A stretch of DNA of 64,000 bases from Hypanus sabinus (Eukaryota), in contig NC_082734.1 of assembly GCF_030144855.1 (NCBI RefSeq), forward strand, positions 17,732,001 to 17,796,000, in the 5' to 3' direction. This document shows, piece by piece, positions 62,701 through 64,000 of the stretch; within the stretch, counting starts at the first letter, position 1, and the number at the start of each line of letters is the position of its first letter. Under the pieces are notes generated by a model, which was not told the DNA's origin, made no database searches, and saw nothing but the letters and a program-made list of their open reading frames with translations. The position numbers and the translations under genes are program-made.

Positions 62701-64000
62701 TCTCCGTCCCTGTGTTGGAAAGTTAAGAGTTGCTGACCACTGGATCCCCAGCCTCTGAACTGCTCTTGCAACCATGGTATTTCTGCAGCTGGTCCATTTT
62801 AAATTTCAGGTGAACGGTGGTTCATCCTCCAGGTGTTGTTTGTGGAGGAAGCGATGCCAATGAGAGACGAACTCTTTCTTGTTGAAGGCTGCTCTTCCAG
62901 TGGTCCCCCAGGGGATGTATCTCTGGCCTCCGTACCCCACACTGACACGCCGTCTCCACATTCCTACGTTCCCCGTGTCATCATTTGGCTTCCCAGGAGA
63001 GGGTTGGAATTGGTGGCTGCCTCTCGGCCACTGGGTACATCTCCACCCTTCTCTTGCCCCTTCAATCTTTTGAATCAGAGAGCTTGGACACAAAGCCAGA
63101 GAGTGTCAGAGATAGAGTGAAAATGGCACTGAGAGAGAATCAGAATCAGGTTTAATATCACCAGCATGTGTCATGAAATTCGTTGTCTTTGCAGCAACAG
63201 CACTTTGCAATACATGTTAATAGAGAAAAAAGGGTGAATTACACTAATCGTATTATTACCACCCCATCATCCAGATCATTAATGTACTGTATATGACAAA
63301 CAACATTGGACCAGTACAGATCCCTGAGGCACACCATTAGTCACCGGCCTCCAACCTGACAAACAGTTATCCACCACTACTCTCCGGCATCTCCCATCCA
63401 GCCACTGTTGAATCCATTTTAGTACTTCAACATTAATACCTAACGATTGAACCTTCCTAACTAACCTTCCGTGTGGAACCTTGTCAAAGGCCTTACTGTG
63501 CTGTAATTGTTATATGGTTATGGTTATATAAAACAATAAAAAAGTAGTGATTAGTGTTCATGGGTTCAATGCCCATTTAGGAATTGGATGGCAGAGGCGA
63601 AGAAGCTGTTCCTGAATCGCTGAGTGTGAGCTTTCAGGCTCCTGTACCTCATTCCTGATGGTAGCAATGAGAAAAGGGCATGTCCTGGGTGTTGGGGGTC
63701 CTTAATGATGGACACGTCTGCTTTGAAGCATCGCTCCTCGAAGATGTTCTGGATACCATGGAGGCTGGTGCCAATGATGGAAATGACTGAGTTTACAACA
63801 GAATGGGGGGGGGGGAGAAGGGGGGAGGGTGGGAGAGAGAGAGAGAAAATTGTGGGAGAGAGAGAGAGAGAAAATTAAGGGAGGGAAAAACAGAGAGGGC
63901 AAGAAACTGAAAGACAGCAAATCAGGGACTGAATGAGACAAAGAAAGCCAAACGGTAACGGGAAACTCAGAGAAAATAGTGGGGTGCGGAGACAGATGGA

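Overview
Vertebrate genomic DNA, not prokaryotic. The repeat content (CR1 LINEs with esterase ORF1, V-SINEs, Penelope and Rex/Babar fragments) suggests a cartilaginous fish such as a ray or shark; that is inference. Three intact spliced genes were rebuilt by hand from GT-AG junctions. ADSL (adenylosuccinate lyase) is on +, 13 coding exons, 813-17539, 488 aa. PICK1 is on +, 12 coding exons, 22117-37889, 394 aa, with a CpG promoter near 19200-19620. SLC16A8/MCT3 is on -, 4 coding exons, 62096-47513, 530 aa, convergent with PICK1. The rest is dense with transposon relics: a Gypsy 3' end and truncated LTR directly upstream of ADSL, a solo LTR with a TSD, two long CR1s, Penelope GIY-YIG fragments, SINEs with TSDs and an 80-bp hAT MITE, plus many minisatellites. 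The most interesting unannotated signals are: (1) an intact minimal hammerhead ribozyme core in a Penelope insertion, on the sense strand of the SLC16A8 pre-mRNA, with decayed relatives across the window; (2) minisatellites that tandemly amplify splice donor or acceptor signals next to ADSL and PICK1 exons; (3) a polyA-less LTR fused to the ADSL promoter; (4) a promoter-like CpG cluster inside a PICK1 intron; (5) an ADSL Arg-to-Cys change at the position matching human R452. I cannot support a wholly new multi-gene system from this sequence.
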